A stretch of 64,000 nucleotides of DNA from an uncultured Gammaproteobacteria bacterium (lineage in GTDB: Bacteria; Pseudomonadota; Gammaproteobacteria; Arenicellales; JAANXG01): NCBI GenBank assembly GCA_947259395.1, contig CAMYMN010000021.1, forward strand, positions 9,434 to 73,433, in the 5' to 3' direction. Made by a program: the position numbers and the translations under genes. This document shows positions 49,311-59,747 of this stretch, piece by piece (position 1 is the first letter of the stretch; every line of letters starts with the position of its first letter). The notes below the pieces were generated by a model. It was given only the letters and a program-made list of their open reading frames with translations. It was not told the DNA's origin and did no database searches.

Positions 49311-50000
49311 GTGATGGTCTTGAAAACACTGATTTTGTTTTTTGTGGTTCCGCTGCTGTTAGTGAATCCTGCATTGGCCGAGACCCGGTTTGTGACCGAT
49401 CAAGTCAGAATAACCTTGCGCAGCGGTGAGAGTACCGAGCATAAAGTGTTGCAGATGTTGCCCAGCGGTTTGTCGTTGGAGGTGCTCAGCTCGAACGACG
49501 AGACGGGCTATTCCAATGTGCGTACTGAAGAGGGTGACACGGGTTACGTGCTGACCCGATTATTAATGGAAACGCCTAGCGCAAGGCAGCGGCTCGCAGC
49601 GGCAGAGCAACGTCTGGCCGAGCTTCAGCAGGAACCTGAAAAACTGGCCAGTAGAATGGTTGCGTTACAAACAAAATATGATGAGTTGAAAGCTAATTAC
49701 GAGAAAGCTGGGAACGATAACCGCAACCTCAGTACTCAGTTGGAGGAGATTCGGTCCGCCGCTACCAATGCAGTCAATATCGCTGATGAAAGAAATATGT
49801 TGCGTAAACGGGTCGCCGCATTGAACGGGGAGGTTGGGGAGCTAAAATTGGACAATCAGGACCTGCGCAACCAATCGGAGCGGAAGTGGTTCATGATGGG
49901 CGCCGGCGCCATAATCGTGGGGATCTTGCTAGGGTTGATTCTTCCGCGTTTACGCTTCCGCCGGCGCCGTGATAACTGGGGTTCTTTGTCCGGATTTTGA
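49311..50000 (+). CDS. Bacterial SH3-domain protein with coiled coil and C-terminal TM (YgiM/TIGR04211-like)
   Basis: Signal peptide, SH3-like segment (VRITLRSGESTEHKVLQMLPSGLSLEVLS...GYVLTRLL), coiled coil and the TM segment WFMMGAGAIIVGILLGLIL. The start is GTG 49311 or ATG 49314. Confidence 0.65.
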   Translation: MMVLKTLILFFVVPLLLVNPALAETRFVTDQVRITLRSGESTEHKVLQMLPSGLSLEVLSSNDETGYSNVRTEEGDTGYVLTRLLMETPSARQRLAAAEQRLAELQQEPEKLASRMVALQTKYDELKANYEKAGNDNRNLSTQLEEIRSAATNAVNIADERNMLRKRVAALNGEVGELKLDNQDLRNQSERKWFMMGAGAIIVGILLGLILPRLRFRRRRDNWGSLSGF

Positions 50001-50087
50001 GCAAAATCGGGGTTTTCATGGCCGATTCCGCAATCTTGGACTAGAATAAAAATCATCATTTATCGCTCATAGAGAAAGGGGGCGAAG

Positions 50088-50807
50088 GTGTTCGTATTAA
50101 AAGAGTCATCTCGGGATCGCTGGCTGCTTGGGCTGGTCGTGCTCATGAGTGTCGCCGCGAATCTACCGGAAAGCATGACCCAATATATCGCCATCGATAA
50201 GAAATGGCTGTTGGTAGGGCTGTTGATTATCGTGGCCGTTTCCCTGGTTCGTTACCTTCGCACCGGCTTGATTATGGTAACCGCCGTCTTGGTCCTAGGC
50301 GCGAATCTACCGGCGGAGCTTGCCGAATTTTTCAACATCGATCCCACGGTAATGTTGTACACGCTGGGTATCATGATTGCGATTCCTTTGGCGAACCGTT
50401 ATTTCAAATTACCTACCGGCTTGGAACCGAAACAAGTGGCGAAGACCGCATACGGTGCCAAGGCGTTATTTCATGCGGTGCTTAAGGGCAACGTACCAGT
50501 GGTCCAATCGCTGATTGATTCCGGCGTCAATGTCAACGTGCGCACAGTTTCTGGAAAAACGCCCTTGATGGCGTCGGCATTTCGCGGTTATACCGATATC
50601 GCGCAATTACTGATTTCTGCCGGTGCCGATATCCATTCCATGGATCGCGAAGGTAATACTGCATTGACGGTAGCGCAGAATCACGGATTCTCGCGGATCG
50701 TTGCGTTGCTCAAGATTGCCAACGAGAAAGAGCGAGAAAAAGCCAAAGAAGCCCCGATTGATGTCCGCAGCATGAGTGCTTCGGCCAAAGTTGCCGCCAA
50801 CGGTTGA
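50088..50807 (+). CDS. Membrane protein with C-terminal ankyrin repeats
   Basis: About four N-terminal TM helices, then ANK repeats (GKTPLMASAFRGYTDIAQLLISAGADIHSMDREGNTALTVAQNHGFSRIVALL). Confidence 0.7.
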   Translation: MFVLKESSRDRWLLGLVVLMSVAANLPESMTQYIAIDKKWLLVGLLIIVAVSLVRYLRTGLIMVTAVLVLGANLPAELAEFFNIDPTVMLYTLGIMIAIPLANRYFKLPTGLEPKQVAKTAYGAKALFHAVLKGNVPVVQSLIDSGVNVNVRTVSGKTPLMASAFRGYTDIAQLLISAGADIHSMDREGNTALTVAQNHGFSRIVALLKIANEKEREKAKEAPIDVRSMSASAKVAANG

Positions 50808-50827
50808 TCTCAGACGGTGTAGTCGTT

Positions 50828-50853
50828 TAACGGCGTTGCTCGCAACGCCGTTA
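50828..50853. terminator. Perfect hairpin between convergent genes (candidate bidirectional terminator)
   Basis: TAACGGCGTTGC-TC-GCAACGCCGTTA forms a 12-bp inverted repeat whose right arm includes the SLC13 stop codon. There is no clear U-tract on either side. Confidence 0.45.
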
Positions 50854-52674
50854 GAAATCGTAGATCGTTGGCAGCAGCCAGCTCAAGGTTATCCACATAA
50901 TCAAGGTAAGTGGCACCCCAACGCGGACGAAGTCGCTAAACGTGTAGTTTCCAGCGTTCATAACCAGCAAATTGGTTTTGTACGCCATTGGCGTGGCGTA
51001 ACTCATATTGGCGCCGAACAATACCGCCAACACGAAGGCCTCAGGTGGTAAGTTCAACTGTTGTGCGATGTTCGCGGCGATAGGTGTCCCAATCACCGCT
51101 GCTGCATTATTGGAAACAATATTGGTCAATACTGCCATCAGCAGCATGAGGCTACTGAATATGACCGTAGGCGAGGTGCCCGCGGTGATAGTTAGAAATA
51201 CATCCGCCAGGTAAATCGTCGCGCCGGTTTTGGTCAGTGCCGACCCCAGTGCCAGACTGGCTACTACGATCAAAATGACCGATATGCTCAACGCATGTCG
51301 CAAATCGCGCCAACTCAGACAACCGGTGATGATCATCATCAGCGCGCCGCAGGTGGCACTGATCGCAATCGGTAACAACCCCACTGCCGAGACCAGGACG
51401 ATTCCCGCCATAATCATCAGCGACAGCGGCGCTCTCTTGGTGTGTGGTAAATCCGCGGTAGCGTCCAGCACCAAAAGGCGACCGTCCCGCTTGATCTCGC
51501 TGATCCGTTCACGCGCTCCTTGGACCAATAGCACGTCGCTGATTCGCAATCTCAGTTTGTCCAGGCCCTGCGACAGGGATTCGACAACGCGTCCCGCGCG
51601 GTGCACAGCGAGTACCGCTAGCTGATAGTTGTCGGCAAAACGCGTCTCATCCAGCGTGGTGTTTTGTAGTGGTGAACCCTGCACCACGACTATTTCCGCA
51701 AGCTGCTGGTCCTCTGCCTTCAGGGGATGATCGTCATCTACTGGGTGGTCCTGGGAATACAGGGTTGCACCCAGTACCTGCTCATACTCCTTAAGCCGTT
51801 GCGGGGTATCACGCACGGTGAGGCGGTCGCCGGCGCTGATTGTCGCGTCTGGAAGCGGTACGGTAAAAGTATTTGCACTCTTGCGGATTCTGAGAACGCG
51901 CATTTCGCCATCCGTTTTCTTCATGACGTCGGATAAGGTTTTGCCTGCGGCGAAGCTGTCCTCGGGGATGTGCAGCTGGGCGGTGAAGATTCGCGGGGAT
52001 GTGTCGGCGAGTACCGCAGTACGCTGCGGCAGGATGCGAGGCGCGATTAACCATAAATATAGAACACCGACTCCGCCGGCGACGATGGCGGGCAGAAAAA
52101 AGTCGAACATCTCAATTCGACGCAAGCCTAGATCCGCCGCTACGCTGACCACCAAAAGGTTCGTAGACGTGCCGATGGTGGTGCTCATACCGCCCACTAG
52201 AGTGGCGAAGCCCATTGGCATGAGTACCGAGGAGGCATGAGACTGAGTGCGCAACGATACGCTCACCAGTATTGGTAACAACAGCACGACAATCGGCGTA
52301 TTGTTGACGAAGGCGCTCAACAGGCCGCCGACCACTAATGTCAGTAGCAGCGATGCCTGAGGGCTGACGCCCCACAAACGCGCCAACACGCGGCCAATCG
52401 GCTCCAGGGCGCCGGTGCGCGCCATGCCGTAACCGGCGATCATCAGCGCGCATACGGCTACTAGGGCTTCGTGTCCAAATCCGGAAAAAAAATCCAGGGC
52501 GTGTACCTGGCCCTCGGGTCCGTGATAGGGAAATAGCTCAAAACCGACCGTCAATATCACCAGTACCGACAGACTGGAGGTTTCCAGCGGAATTCGCTCC
52601 CGGGTAAACAGGAACAACGCCAGCATGGTCAAGATTAACACGGCCGCGGCGTGGGCATTGGGAATATCTGGCAT
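50851..52674 (-). CDS. SLC13/DASS-family permease with central TrkA-C domains
   Basis: 607-aa polytopic membrane protein with a cytoplasmic central region resembling two TrkA-C domains (GKTLSDV...RIRK / LVQGARERISEIK). Confidence 0.7.
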   Translation of the reverse strand: MPDIPNAHAAAVLILTMLALFLFTRERIPLETSSLSVLVILTVGFELFPYHGPEGQVHALDFFSGFGHEALVAVCALMIAGYGMARTGALEPIGRVLARLWGVSPQASLLLTLVVGGLLSAFVNNTPIVVLLLPILVSVSLRTQSHASSVLMPMGFATLVGGMSTTIGTSTNLLVVSVAADLGLRRIEMFDFFLPAIVAGGVGVLYLWLIAPRILPQRTAVLADTSPRIFTAQLHIPEDSFAAGKTLSDVMKKTDGEMRVLRIRKSANTFTVPLPDATISAGDRLTVRDTPQRLKEYEQVLGATLYSQDHPVDDDHPLKAEDQQLAEIVVVQGSPLQNTTLDETRFADNYQLAVLAVHRAGRVVESLSQGLDKLRLRISDVLLVQGARERISEIKRDGRLLVLDATADLPHTKRAPLSLMIMAGIVLVSAVGLLPIAISATCGALMMIITGCLSWRDLRHALSISVILIVVASLALGSALTKTGATIYLADVFLTITAGTSPTVIFSSLMLLMAVLTNIVSNNAAAVIGTPIAANIAQQLNLPPEAFVLAVLFGANMSYATPMAYKTNLLVMNAGNYTFSDFVRVGVPLTLIMWITLSWLLPTIYDF

Positions 52675-52737
52675 CTTAGCACCGGAGTCGAGTGGGGGCG
52701 GTGATTATAGGTGAACCCCCCGTCACACAAAAATTCT

Positions 52738-52881
52738 AGCCCACATATTGCACCCCGCCCCTATTCTTACAACAGCAACCTGGAGCATAGAATGTCGCCA
52801 TTTCCTGGAACAGGCTCTGCGGGGTCTCAGGGGCGTATAGCCATGAATAGGATCGGAACGCCTTGGTGTAATATGCAGGCT
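52738..52881. repeat. Short (144-bp) copy of the TIR-bounded repeat family
   Basis: AGCCCACATATTGCACC (52738-52754) pairs with GGTGTAATATGCAGGCT (52865-52881) as imperfect inverted termini. The interior aligns in reverse orientation to the right half of 8519-8798 (shared TCCTATTCATG, TCCAGGAAATGGC). Confidence 0.65.
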
Positions 52882-53008
52882 GAAGGTCATGGATGCGATG
52901 GGGAGCAAAATGTGATAAGTCTGTGTTAGGGGAGGATAAATTTGTCTGCAGCGGGCCAGGACTTTTTTCGGTTATGCTGGCGTGCGAAAAAAACAAGTCC
53001 CAGAATAT

Positions 53009-53899
53009 ATGTCTAGACAATATCCCATAGTTGCGATTACTGGGTCTTCCGGTGCCGGGAGTGCCCAAATTATCGACGCATTTGGGCATATCTGCCGCCA
53101 CGAGCACGCCAGGATGGCGGTGATTGATGGCGACGGATTTCACCGTTACCACCGCGCCGACTTCACGAAGATCGTGGCAGATGTCCATGAAGCGGAGCAT
53201 CCCAGCCACTTCAGTCCCGAGTACAATCTTTTCGATAAGTTGGACGCATTGCTGAATGACTTTTCCCACAGCGGGTCTGGTCTGCATCGACAGTACCTTC
53301 ACGATGAGATCGAGGCGGCGAAATACGATCAGGAACCCGGCACCTTTACCCCCTGGACGTCGGTTCCGGAGGACACCGATCTTCTCTGTTATCAAGGCCT
53401 ACATGGCTGTTTCGTCAATGAAGAATATGACATCGCGAGCTATATGGACCTCAAAATCGGTGTGGTGCCGGTCGTCAACCTGGAATGGATTCGAAAGATT
53501 CATAGGGATATTCGAATGCGTGGATACCGGCCCGATGATGTTACCGAGACCATATTGCGACGCATGCCTGATTACCTGAGTTACATTACTCCTCAGTTTT
53601 CCCGCACCGACATCAACTTCCAGCGCGTGCCCATGGTTGACACTTCCAACCCGTTCATTGCGCTGGATGTGCCCCTGGAGAAAGAGACAGTTGTGGTGAT
53701 CCGCGTCGCTCAGCCAGAGCAGTTAAACGTGGATTTTTTATACCTTCTCAACATGGTTCCCAAATCGTTCATGTCGCGACGTAATTCCATTGTTGTTCCG
53801 GGGGATGAATTGGGCTACGCGATGGAACTGATTCTTACGCCGATCATGCACGATTTGCTCGAAAAACGCCGGGAAGCGATTAGCGACCAAGTCGCCTGA
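53009..53899 (+). CDS. prk: Phosphoribulokinase
   Basis: P-loop YPIVAITGSSGAGS, followed by collinear PRK sequence (VIDGDGFHRY..., EWIRKIHRD). About 296 aa from ATG 53009. Confidence 0.85.
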   Translation: MSRQYPIVAITGSSGAGSAQIIDAFGHICRHEHARMAVIDGDGFHRYHRADFTKIVADVHEAEHPSHFSPEYNLFDKLDALLNDFSHSGSGLHRQYLHDEIEAAKYDQEPGTFTPWTSVPEDTDLLCYQGLHGCFVNEEYDIASYMDLKIGVVPVVNLEWIRKIHRDIRMRGYRPDDVTETILRRMPDYLSYITPQFSRTDINFQRVPMVDTSNPFIALDVPLEKETVVVIRVAQPEQLNVDFLYLLNMVPKSFMSRRNSIVVPGDELGYAMELILTPIMHDLLEKRREAISDQVA

Positions 53900-54045
53900 G
53901 CAGGTTTTTCGGACCAACCCCTTTCCTTCGTAATCGCCTGCTGTGTAAGCTACGCCCTGTAGGCACGGGTCTGACTCAATAGAAAAGAATGAAAAAACGC
54001 GACCACCAGCGTTAACCAGCCTAAGTTATAGACGAGGTAACGGTT

Positions 54046-54960
54046 ATGGAATATTTCATTCAGCAACTTATTAATGGGTTGACGCTCGGTATGATCTATG
54101 GACTGATCGCCATCGGCTACACCATGGTCTACGGCATTATCGGGATGATCAATTTCGCCCATGGCGAGATATTCATGATTGGCGCCTTTGTGTCCATTAT
54201 CACCTTCCTGATGCTGGGAATACTTGGTGTAGGGTGGGTGCCGCTGGCGGTACTGATCGTAATGATTACCACGATGCTGTTGACCTCGGTTTACGGTTGG
54301 GCGCTGGAACGAGTGGCGTATCGGCCGCTGAGAAATTCTCCGCGTCTAGCGGCGCTGATTACCGCCATCGGCATGTCTATTTTTCTGCAAAACTACGTCC
54401 AGCTGCTACAGGGTGCCCGGATCAAACCACTGCAACCGGTCATCGCCGGCGGGTTTCGGTTCATGCAGGAATCGGATTTTGTTGTCACCCTCAGCTACCT
54501 GCAGGTATTTATTATCTTGTTGACACTTGTCCTCATGGTGATCTTCACGCTGGTCATTAACAAGACCGCGTTGGGACGCGCCCAGCGGGCATGCCAACAA
54601 GATCTGGGTATGGCCGCTCTAATCGGCATCAATGTTGATCGCACCATCTCGTTGACTTTCGTTATGGGTGCGGCGATGGCGGCGGTGGCAGGACTGATGT
54701 TTCTGATGAACTATGGGGTGATTGATTTTTACATCGGTTTCTTGGCCGGGATTAAGGCCTTTACCGCGGCAGTGTTGGGCGGTATCGGCTCGTTGCCGGG
54801 AGCGATGCTCGGGGGGCTGTTGATCGGCTTGATCGAGGGCTTCTGGTCGGCCTATTTCACCGTGGAATACAAGGATGTGGCGGCGTTCTCAATCCTGGTA
54901 TTGGTGTTGATCTTCCGGCCCACCGGGCTGCTGGGCAAACCGGATATCGAGAAGGTCTAG
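54046..54960 (+). CDS. livH: Branched-chain amino acid ABC transporter permease
   Basis: [41 protein letters not shown] is the typical LivH N-terminus; 304 aa. Confidence 0.9.
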   Translation: MEYFIQQLINGLTLGMIYGLIAIGYTMVYGIIGMINFAHGEIFMIGAFVSIITFLMLGILGVGWVPLAVLIVMITTMLLTSVYGWALERVAYRPLRNSPRLAALITAIGMSIFLQNYVQLLQGARIKPLQPVIAGGFRFMQESDFVVTLSYLQVFIILLTLVLMVIFTLVINKTALGRAQRACQQDLGMAALIGINVDRTISLTFVMGAAMAAVAGLMFLMNYGVIDFYIGFLAGIKAFTAAVLGGIGSLPGAMLGGLLIGLIEGFWSAYFTVEYKDVAAFSILVLVLIFRPTGLLGKPDIEKV

Positions 54961-54964
54961 TCGC

Positions 54965-56482
54965 ATGGCGGCTTCGCCCCCTGAACAAGTCAACGTGCCG
55001 CCGCTGGATCTGCCGGCACTGTTCAAGGAGGCGGGCTATGTTGCGGTGGTGGTGTTTGGACTGACCATCGGATTAGTTGGATTCAAGACCGAAGATGTGC
55101 CCGGCGGCCTGGATATCGTCACCCGTTTCGGGCAGGTGATCCTGGCGACCGTGGTGGCGTTTGCCGGACGGGTTGGATTTGTCCTGCTGCGCGAGCGGCG
55201 ATTCGTGCCGGTACTAATCGGCGCCGGCGTATTCGGCGCGGTGATGCTGGTGTTGCTGATCGGCAACATCGTTGATGCCGACCGAGGAGTGGGGCGGTTT
55301 CTGCCCTTTGAAAGTCTCGTAGTTAATTGGCTGATTACCCTGTTCGCGTTAATTCTGGCTGGTCGCGCCGCTTGGTCGTGGGCGCATGCGCGCCCATCAA
55401 TGGGTGCTGTGGACCGCGAGGCGGCGATGGATCGGTTCAGCGCTCAGGTACAACGGTCGGCGAAATTCTTCGGGCCGCTGATGCTCGGTGTGGCCATTAT
55501 GCTGCCATTTCTCCCGATGGCGGACCGCCGATTGTTGGATGTCGCGATCCTGGTCGTGACCTACATCATGTTGGGTTGGGGGCTCAACATCGTGGTCGGC
55601 TTGGCGGGATTGTTGGACTTGGGTTATGTGGCGTTTTACGCCGTCGGCGCCTACAGCTACGCGCTGTTGGCAACGTATTTTGACCTTGGGTTCTGGACCT
55701 GCCTGCCTTTTGCCGGAATCATGGCGGCGTTTGCGGGCATCCTGCTCGGTTTTCCGGTGCTGCGCTTACGCGGTGATTACCTGGCCATCGTCACGCTCGG
55801 ATTCGGCGAAATGGTGCGCGTCATTCTGCTCAACTGGTACGAATTCACCCGTGGCCCGGATGGAATATCGGGGATTCCGCGGCCGACCTTTTTCGGTTTA
55901 CCGTTTACCCGCCGTCCCGCTGAAGGCACGGAGTCTTTTCACGAGTTTTTCGGGCTCACCTATTCACCGCTGGACCGCATTATTTTCTTGTACTACCTGA
56001 TCCTGGCGATGGCGCTGGTTACCAACTTTTTCACACTGCGTATTCGCAAGCTGCCCGTGGGTCGGGCCTGGGAGGCGTTGCGCGAGGATGAGACTGCCTG
56101 CCGCAGCATCGGCATCAACCCGCGGAACACCAAACTGACGGCGTTTGCCATCGGTGCCATGTTCGGCGGCTTCGGCGGTTCGTTCTTTGCCACCCGGCAA
56201 GGATTCATCAGTCCCGAGAGTTTTACGTTCATTGAGTCTGCCATCATCCTTGCCATCGTCGTGTTGGGGGGATTCGGCAGCCAGATCGGTGTGGTCCTCG
56301 CGGCGATCTTATTGATCGGTTTGCCTGAGTTTTTCCGGGAACTGCAACAGTACCGCATGCTGGCGTTTGGAGCTGCAATGGTGACGATCATGGTGTGGCG
56401 GCCCAGTGGTCTGCTCGCACATCGCGAGCCAACCATCCGCTTGTATCCCCATGGACCACCCAAGAAGGAGAGCCAGTCTTGA
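54965..56482 (+). CDS. livM: Branched-chain amino acid ABC transporter permease (long form)
   Basis: LivM-type core ([27 protein letters not shown]) with an extended N-terminal membrane region; 505 aa. Confidence 0.85.
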   Translation: MAASPPEQVNVPPLDLPALFKEAGYVAVVVFGLTIGLVGFKTEDVPGGLDIVTRFGQVILATVVAFAGRVGFVLLRERRFVPVLIGAGVFGAVMLVLLIGNIVDADRGVGRFLPFESLVVNWLITLFALILAGRAAWSWAHARPSMGAVDREAAMDRFSAQVQRSAKFFGPLMLGVAIMLPFLPMADRRLLDVAILVVTYIMLGWGLNIVVGLAGLLDLGYVAFYAVGAYSYALLATYFDLGFWTCLPFAGIMAAFAGILLGFPVLRLRGDYLAIVTLGFGEMVRVILLNWYEFTRGPDGISGIPRPTFFGLPFTRRPAEGTESFHEFFGLTYSPLDRIIFLYYLILAMALVTNFFTLRIRKLPVGRAWEALREDETACRSIGINPRNTKLTAFAIGAMFGGFGGSFFATRQGFISPESFTFIESAIILAIVVLGGFGSQIGVVLAAILLIGLPEFFRELQQYRMLAFGAAMVTIMVWRPSGLLAHREPTIRLYPHGPPKKESQS

Positions 56483-57348
56483 ATGGCCTTGCGCATGACA
56501 ACGGTGGGCCACTGATATCAGTGGAGCATCTGACTATGCGTTTCGGTGGCCTGGTGGCCATCGACGACGTGTCGTTTAGCGGCGACAATTCCGAAATCAC
56601 CGCGATCATCGGGCCGAACGGCGCGGGCAAGACCACGGTATTCAATTGTCTGACCGGGTTCTACAAGCCGACCGTGGGCAGGTTGACCTTGAACCATCCG
56701 ACTAAAGGTGAGTTGTTGCTGGAGCGCATGGAGGGCTATCAGATCCCGGCGCGCGCCGATGTGGCGCGCACCTTTCAGAACATCCGTTTATTCCCGGCGA
56801 TGTCGGTGCTGGAAAATTTAATACTTGCGCAACACAATGCATTGATGCGCGCCTCCGGGTTTTCGGTGGCGGGTCTGTTGGGCATGCGCCGGTATCGTGA
56901 TGCCGAAAAAAAAGCGGTGGAACATGCTAGATATTGGCTGGATCGCACACGGTTAACCACCCGCGCCGACTGGGATGCGGGCAATCTGCCTTATGGCGAC
57001 CAGCGCCGCTTGGAGATCGCCCGTGCGATGTGCATCGGGCCTGTTTTGTTATGCCTGGATGAGCCGGCCGCGGGATTGAATCCGAAAGAGTCCGCCGAAT
57101 TGAACGAGCTGCTCCGCTATATACGCGATGAACACCAGATTGGCCTGTTGTTGATCGAGCACGACATGTCGGTGGTGATGGAGATCTCCGACCGCATCAT
57201 CGTCCTCGACTACGGACGTAGGATCGCAGCCGGCACCCCCGATGAAATCAAGACCAATCCCGATGTCATCCGCGCTTATTTGGGCGAGACCGAAGACGAG
57301 GCGCTGCCGGAAGTAGTCGCTCACGACCTCGAGCACCCAGGGTCTTAG
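56479..57348 (+). CDS. livG: Branched-chain amino acid ABC transporter ATP-binding protein
   Basis: Walker [24 protein letters not shown] and [11 protein letters not shown]. Start placed at TTG 56479, overlapping the livM stop. Confidence 0.85.
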   Translation: MNGLAHDNGGPLISVEHLTMRFGGLVAIDDVSFSGDNSEITAIIGPNGAGKTTVFNCLTGFYKPTVGRLTLNHPTKGELLLERMEGYQIPARADVARTFQNIRLFPAMSVLENLILAQHNALMRASGFSVAGLLGMRRYRDAEKKAVEHARYWLDRTRLTTRADWDAGNLPYGDQRRLEIARAMCIGPVLLCLDEPAAGLNPKESAELNELLRYIRDEHQIGLLLIEHDMSVVMEISDRIIVLDYGRRIAAGTPDEIKTNPDVIRAYLGETEDEALPEVVAHDLEHPGS

Positions 57349-57350
57349 GC

Positions 57351-58070
57351 ATGGGCTTGCTCAACGTATCCGGTATTCACACGTTTTACGGCCGTATCGA
57401 GGCGCTGCGCGGGGTGGATGTGGAGATCAACGACGGTGAGATCGTGACTCTGATCGGCGCCAACGGCGCGGGGAAATCCACCTTGCTGATGACGATTTGC
57501 GGTGATCCGCGCGCGTCGGCGGGGACGGTCGAGTTTGACGGCGCCGACATAACGCGATTTTTGACGCACCAGATCATTCGCCGCGGGATCGCGCAATCAC
57601 CGGAGGGACGGCGCATCTTTCCGTTCATGACTGTGCTCGAAAACTTACAAATGGGTGCGGCGATTACCGATCCGGCGTACTTTGACGACGATCTGGAGCG
57701 GGTATTCACCTTGTATCCGATCTTGAAGGAACGGCAGCACCAGCGGGGCGGCACCCTGTCGGGGGGTGAACAGCAGATGTTGGCGATTGCCCGGGCATTG
57801 ATGAGCCGGCCGCGATTGTTATTGCTGGACGAACCGTCTCTAGGGCTCGCGCCGCTGTTGGTAAAACAGATCTTTGCGGTCATCAAAGAGATCAACGAAA
57901 AGCAGGGGGTCACCGTGTTTCTGGTGGAACAAAACGCCTTTCATGCGTTGCGGTTGGCGCATCGAGGGTATGTCATGGCCAATGGCCAAATTGTTATGTC
58001 CGGCACCGGTCGGGAGCTGTTGGCCAACAAGGAAATCCGCGCGGCATATCTCGAGGGGGGGCACAAATGA
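57351..58070 (+). CDS. livF: Branched-chain amino acid ABC transporter ATP-binding protein
   Basis: Walker A GANGAGKST, signature LSGGEQQM and Walker B LLLLDEPS; 239 aa. Confidence 0.9.
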   Translation: MGLLNVSGIHTFYGRIEALRGVDVEINDGEIVTLIGANGAGKSTLLMTICGDPRASAGTVEFDGADITRFLTHQIIRRGIAQSPEGRRIFPFMTVLENLQMGAAITDPAYFDDDLERVFTLYPILKERQHQRGGTLSGGEQQMLAIARALMSRPRLLLLDEPSLGLAPLLVKQIFAVIKEINEKQGVTVFLVEQNAFHALRLAHRGYVMANGQIVMSGTGRELLANKEIRAAYLEGGHK

Positions 58071-58432
58071 ATACGATGCCGTTGTTGGGGACTTCGTTGT
58101 GGGTGTTTTTAGGTTTGACGATTTTGGTGATGGGCTTTGCCGCCTTCATGACCGGTCAAGCCCTCGCTAACACCTGGAAACCATTTTGGCATGCGGTGAT
58201 CTATTGCTTGTTGTTGGGTTTTGCCGACCGGTTTCTGACCTTTGCGCTGTTCGACGGCGAATTACTGTCTCCCACCGGATACCTCATCGACGCTGCGGTA
58301 TTGATCGCCATCACGCTGTTTGCGTATCGGCTGACCCAGGCGCGGAAAATGGTGAGTCAGTATCCGTGGCTGTATCGGCGTATGGGGCCGTTTGGGTGGA
58401 AGTCTATAGATCCCACGGAGTCTGGTGACTGA
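58067..58432 (+). CDS. Small integral membrane protein embedded in the liv operon
   Basis: 121 aa with about three TM helices. Its ATG overlaps the livF stop (ATGA at 58067-58070), which suggests translational coupling. Confidence 0.55.
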   Translation: MNTMPLLGTSLWVFLGLTILVMGFAAFMTGQALANTWKPFWHAVIYCLLLGFADRFLTFALFDGELLSPTGYLIDAAVLIAITLFAYRLTQARKMVSQYPWLYRRMGPFGWKSIDPTESGD

Positions 58433-58556
58433 GTGCCGAAGCGGATTTCGCGCAGTAACCACATATGCTACATTTACCCGCACTTTGACCAGGGACGCTC
58501 CGTTTTGTGAATGGAGTCAACGTTTAAAAAACCCCATTTGGAGGAGAATTTAGCTG

Positions 58557-59657
58557 ATGAGAAAATTGACAACTGTAGTGATCGTTACCGCATTGACCGC
58601 GTTATTCGGTGCCTCGGGCGCGATGGCCGACATCAAGATCGCGGTCGCTGGCCCGATGACCGGCCAGTACGCTTCATTCGGTGAGCAAATGAAGCGCGGT
58701 GCGGAAATGGCGGTGGCGGATATCAATGCCGCCGGCGGTGTAATGGGTAAAAAGCTCCAGTTGAGCATCGAAGATGACGCCTGTGACCCCAAGCAGGCGG
58801 TGGCAATCGCCAACAAGATGGCCAGCGACGGTGTGGTGTTCGTGGCCGGGCATTTCTGCTCGGGATCCTCGATCCCGGCCTCCAAGGTCTACGAAGAGGA
58901 GAACATGCTGCAGATCTCGCCGGCATCCACCAACCCAAAACTCACCGAAGAGGGCGGCCCCAACGTGTTCCGCACTTGCGGTCGCGACGATCAACAAGGG
59001 CTCGTGGCCGGTAATTTCCTCGCCGACACCTATGCGGGGAAAAAGATCGCTGTTCTTCATGACAAGACCGCATACGGGAAGGGCCTGGCCGATGAGACCA
59101 AGAAACAGCTCAACAAGCGTGGCATGAAAGAGGCCATGTACGAGGCCTACACCGCCGGTGAGAAAGACTACTCGGCATTGGTCTCGAAAATGAAAGGCGC
59201 CGGTATCGATGTGTTCTATCTCGGTGGTTACCACACCGAGGCGGGCCTGATGATCCGGCAGGCGCGCGAGCAGGGTTACAATGTGCAGTTGGTGTCAGGC
59301 GATGCCTTGGTGACCGACGAGTTTTGGAAGATCACCGGTAACGCCGGTGCAGGCACGTTGATGACCTTCAGTCCCGATCCGCGCAAGAACCCCTCCGCGG
59401 TGCCGGTAGTGAAGAAATTCCGCGATGGTGGCTATGAGCCGGAGGGGTACACCCTGTATACCTACGGGGCGATCCAGGCGTGGGTGGATGCCGTGAACAA
59501 GGCCGGTGGCACGGACACCAACAAGGTGGTCGATGCGCTGCGCAAGAACCAGTTCGATACCGTCCTCGGCAAAATCGGCTTCGATGAAAAGGGCGACGTC
59601 ACGGCGCCCGGTTACGTTTTCTATGTTTGGAAGGACGGCACCTACGACTACATGTAA
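58557..59657 (+). CDS. Branched-chain amino acid ABC transporter substrate-binding protein (LivJ/LivK type)
   Basis: Signal peptide, then IKIAVAGPMTGQYASFGEQMKRGAEMAVADINAAGGV...DDACDPKQAV, typical of LivJ/K-family binding proteins. Confidence 0.85.
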   Translation: MRKLTTVVIVTALTALFGASGAMADIKIAVAGPMTGQYASFGEQMKRGAEMAVADINAAGGVMGKKLQLSIEDDACDPKQAVAIANKMASDGVVFVAGHFCSGSSIPASKVYEEENMLQISPASTNPKLTEEGGPNVFRTCGRDDQQGLVAGNFLADTYAGKKIAVLHDKTAYGKGLADETKKQLNKRGMKEAMYEAYTAGEKDYSALVSKMKGAGIDVFYLGGYHTEAGLMIRQAREQGYNVQLVSGDALVTDEFWKITGNAGAGTLMTFSPDPRKNPSAVPVVKKFRDGGYEPEGYTLYTYGAIQAWVDAVNKAGGTDTNKVVDALRKNQFDTVLGKIGFDEKGDVTAPGYVFYVWKDGTYDYM

Positions 59658-59679
59658 CTAACCGCTATTGTAGTCACAA

Positions 59680-59715
59680 GGCCCGGCGGCTGATTGGCTC
59701 GCCGGGCCTTTTTTT
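59680..59715 (+). terminator. Rho-independent terminator after the liv operon
   Basis: GGCCCGGCG-(11-nt loop)-CGCCGGGCC followed by TTTTTTT, starting 23 nt after the binding-protein stop codon. Confidence 0.8.
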
Positions 59716-59747
59716 AGCGTAACGTAACGGTGGCAAACGATCTACAA

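Noticed and set aside
8519-52881. Whether the recurring CATATTGCA-containing repeats could be a CRISPR array or integron attC sites
   Set aside because: The copies are inverted pairs scattered over 44 kb, not direct repeats with regular 25-40-bp spacers. No cas or intI genes are present, and the spacing and flanking gene orientation do not fit cassettes.
58674-59234. 186-aa minus-strand ORF inside the LivJ/K-type gene
   Set aside because: It is antisense to a clearly recognisable binding-protein gene, and its composition is typical of an antisense artefact.
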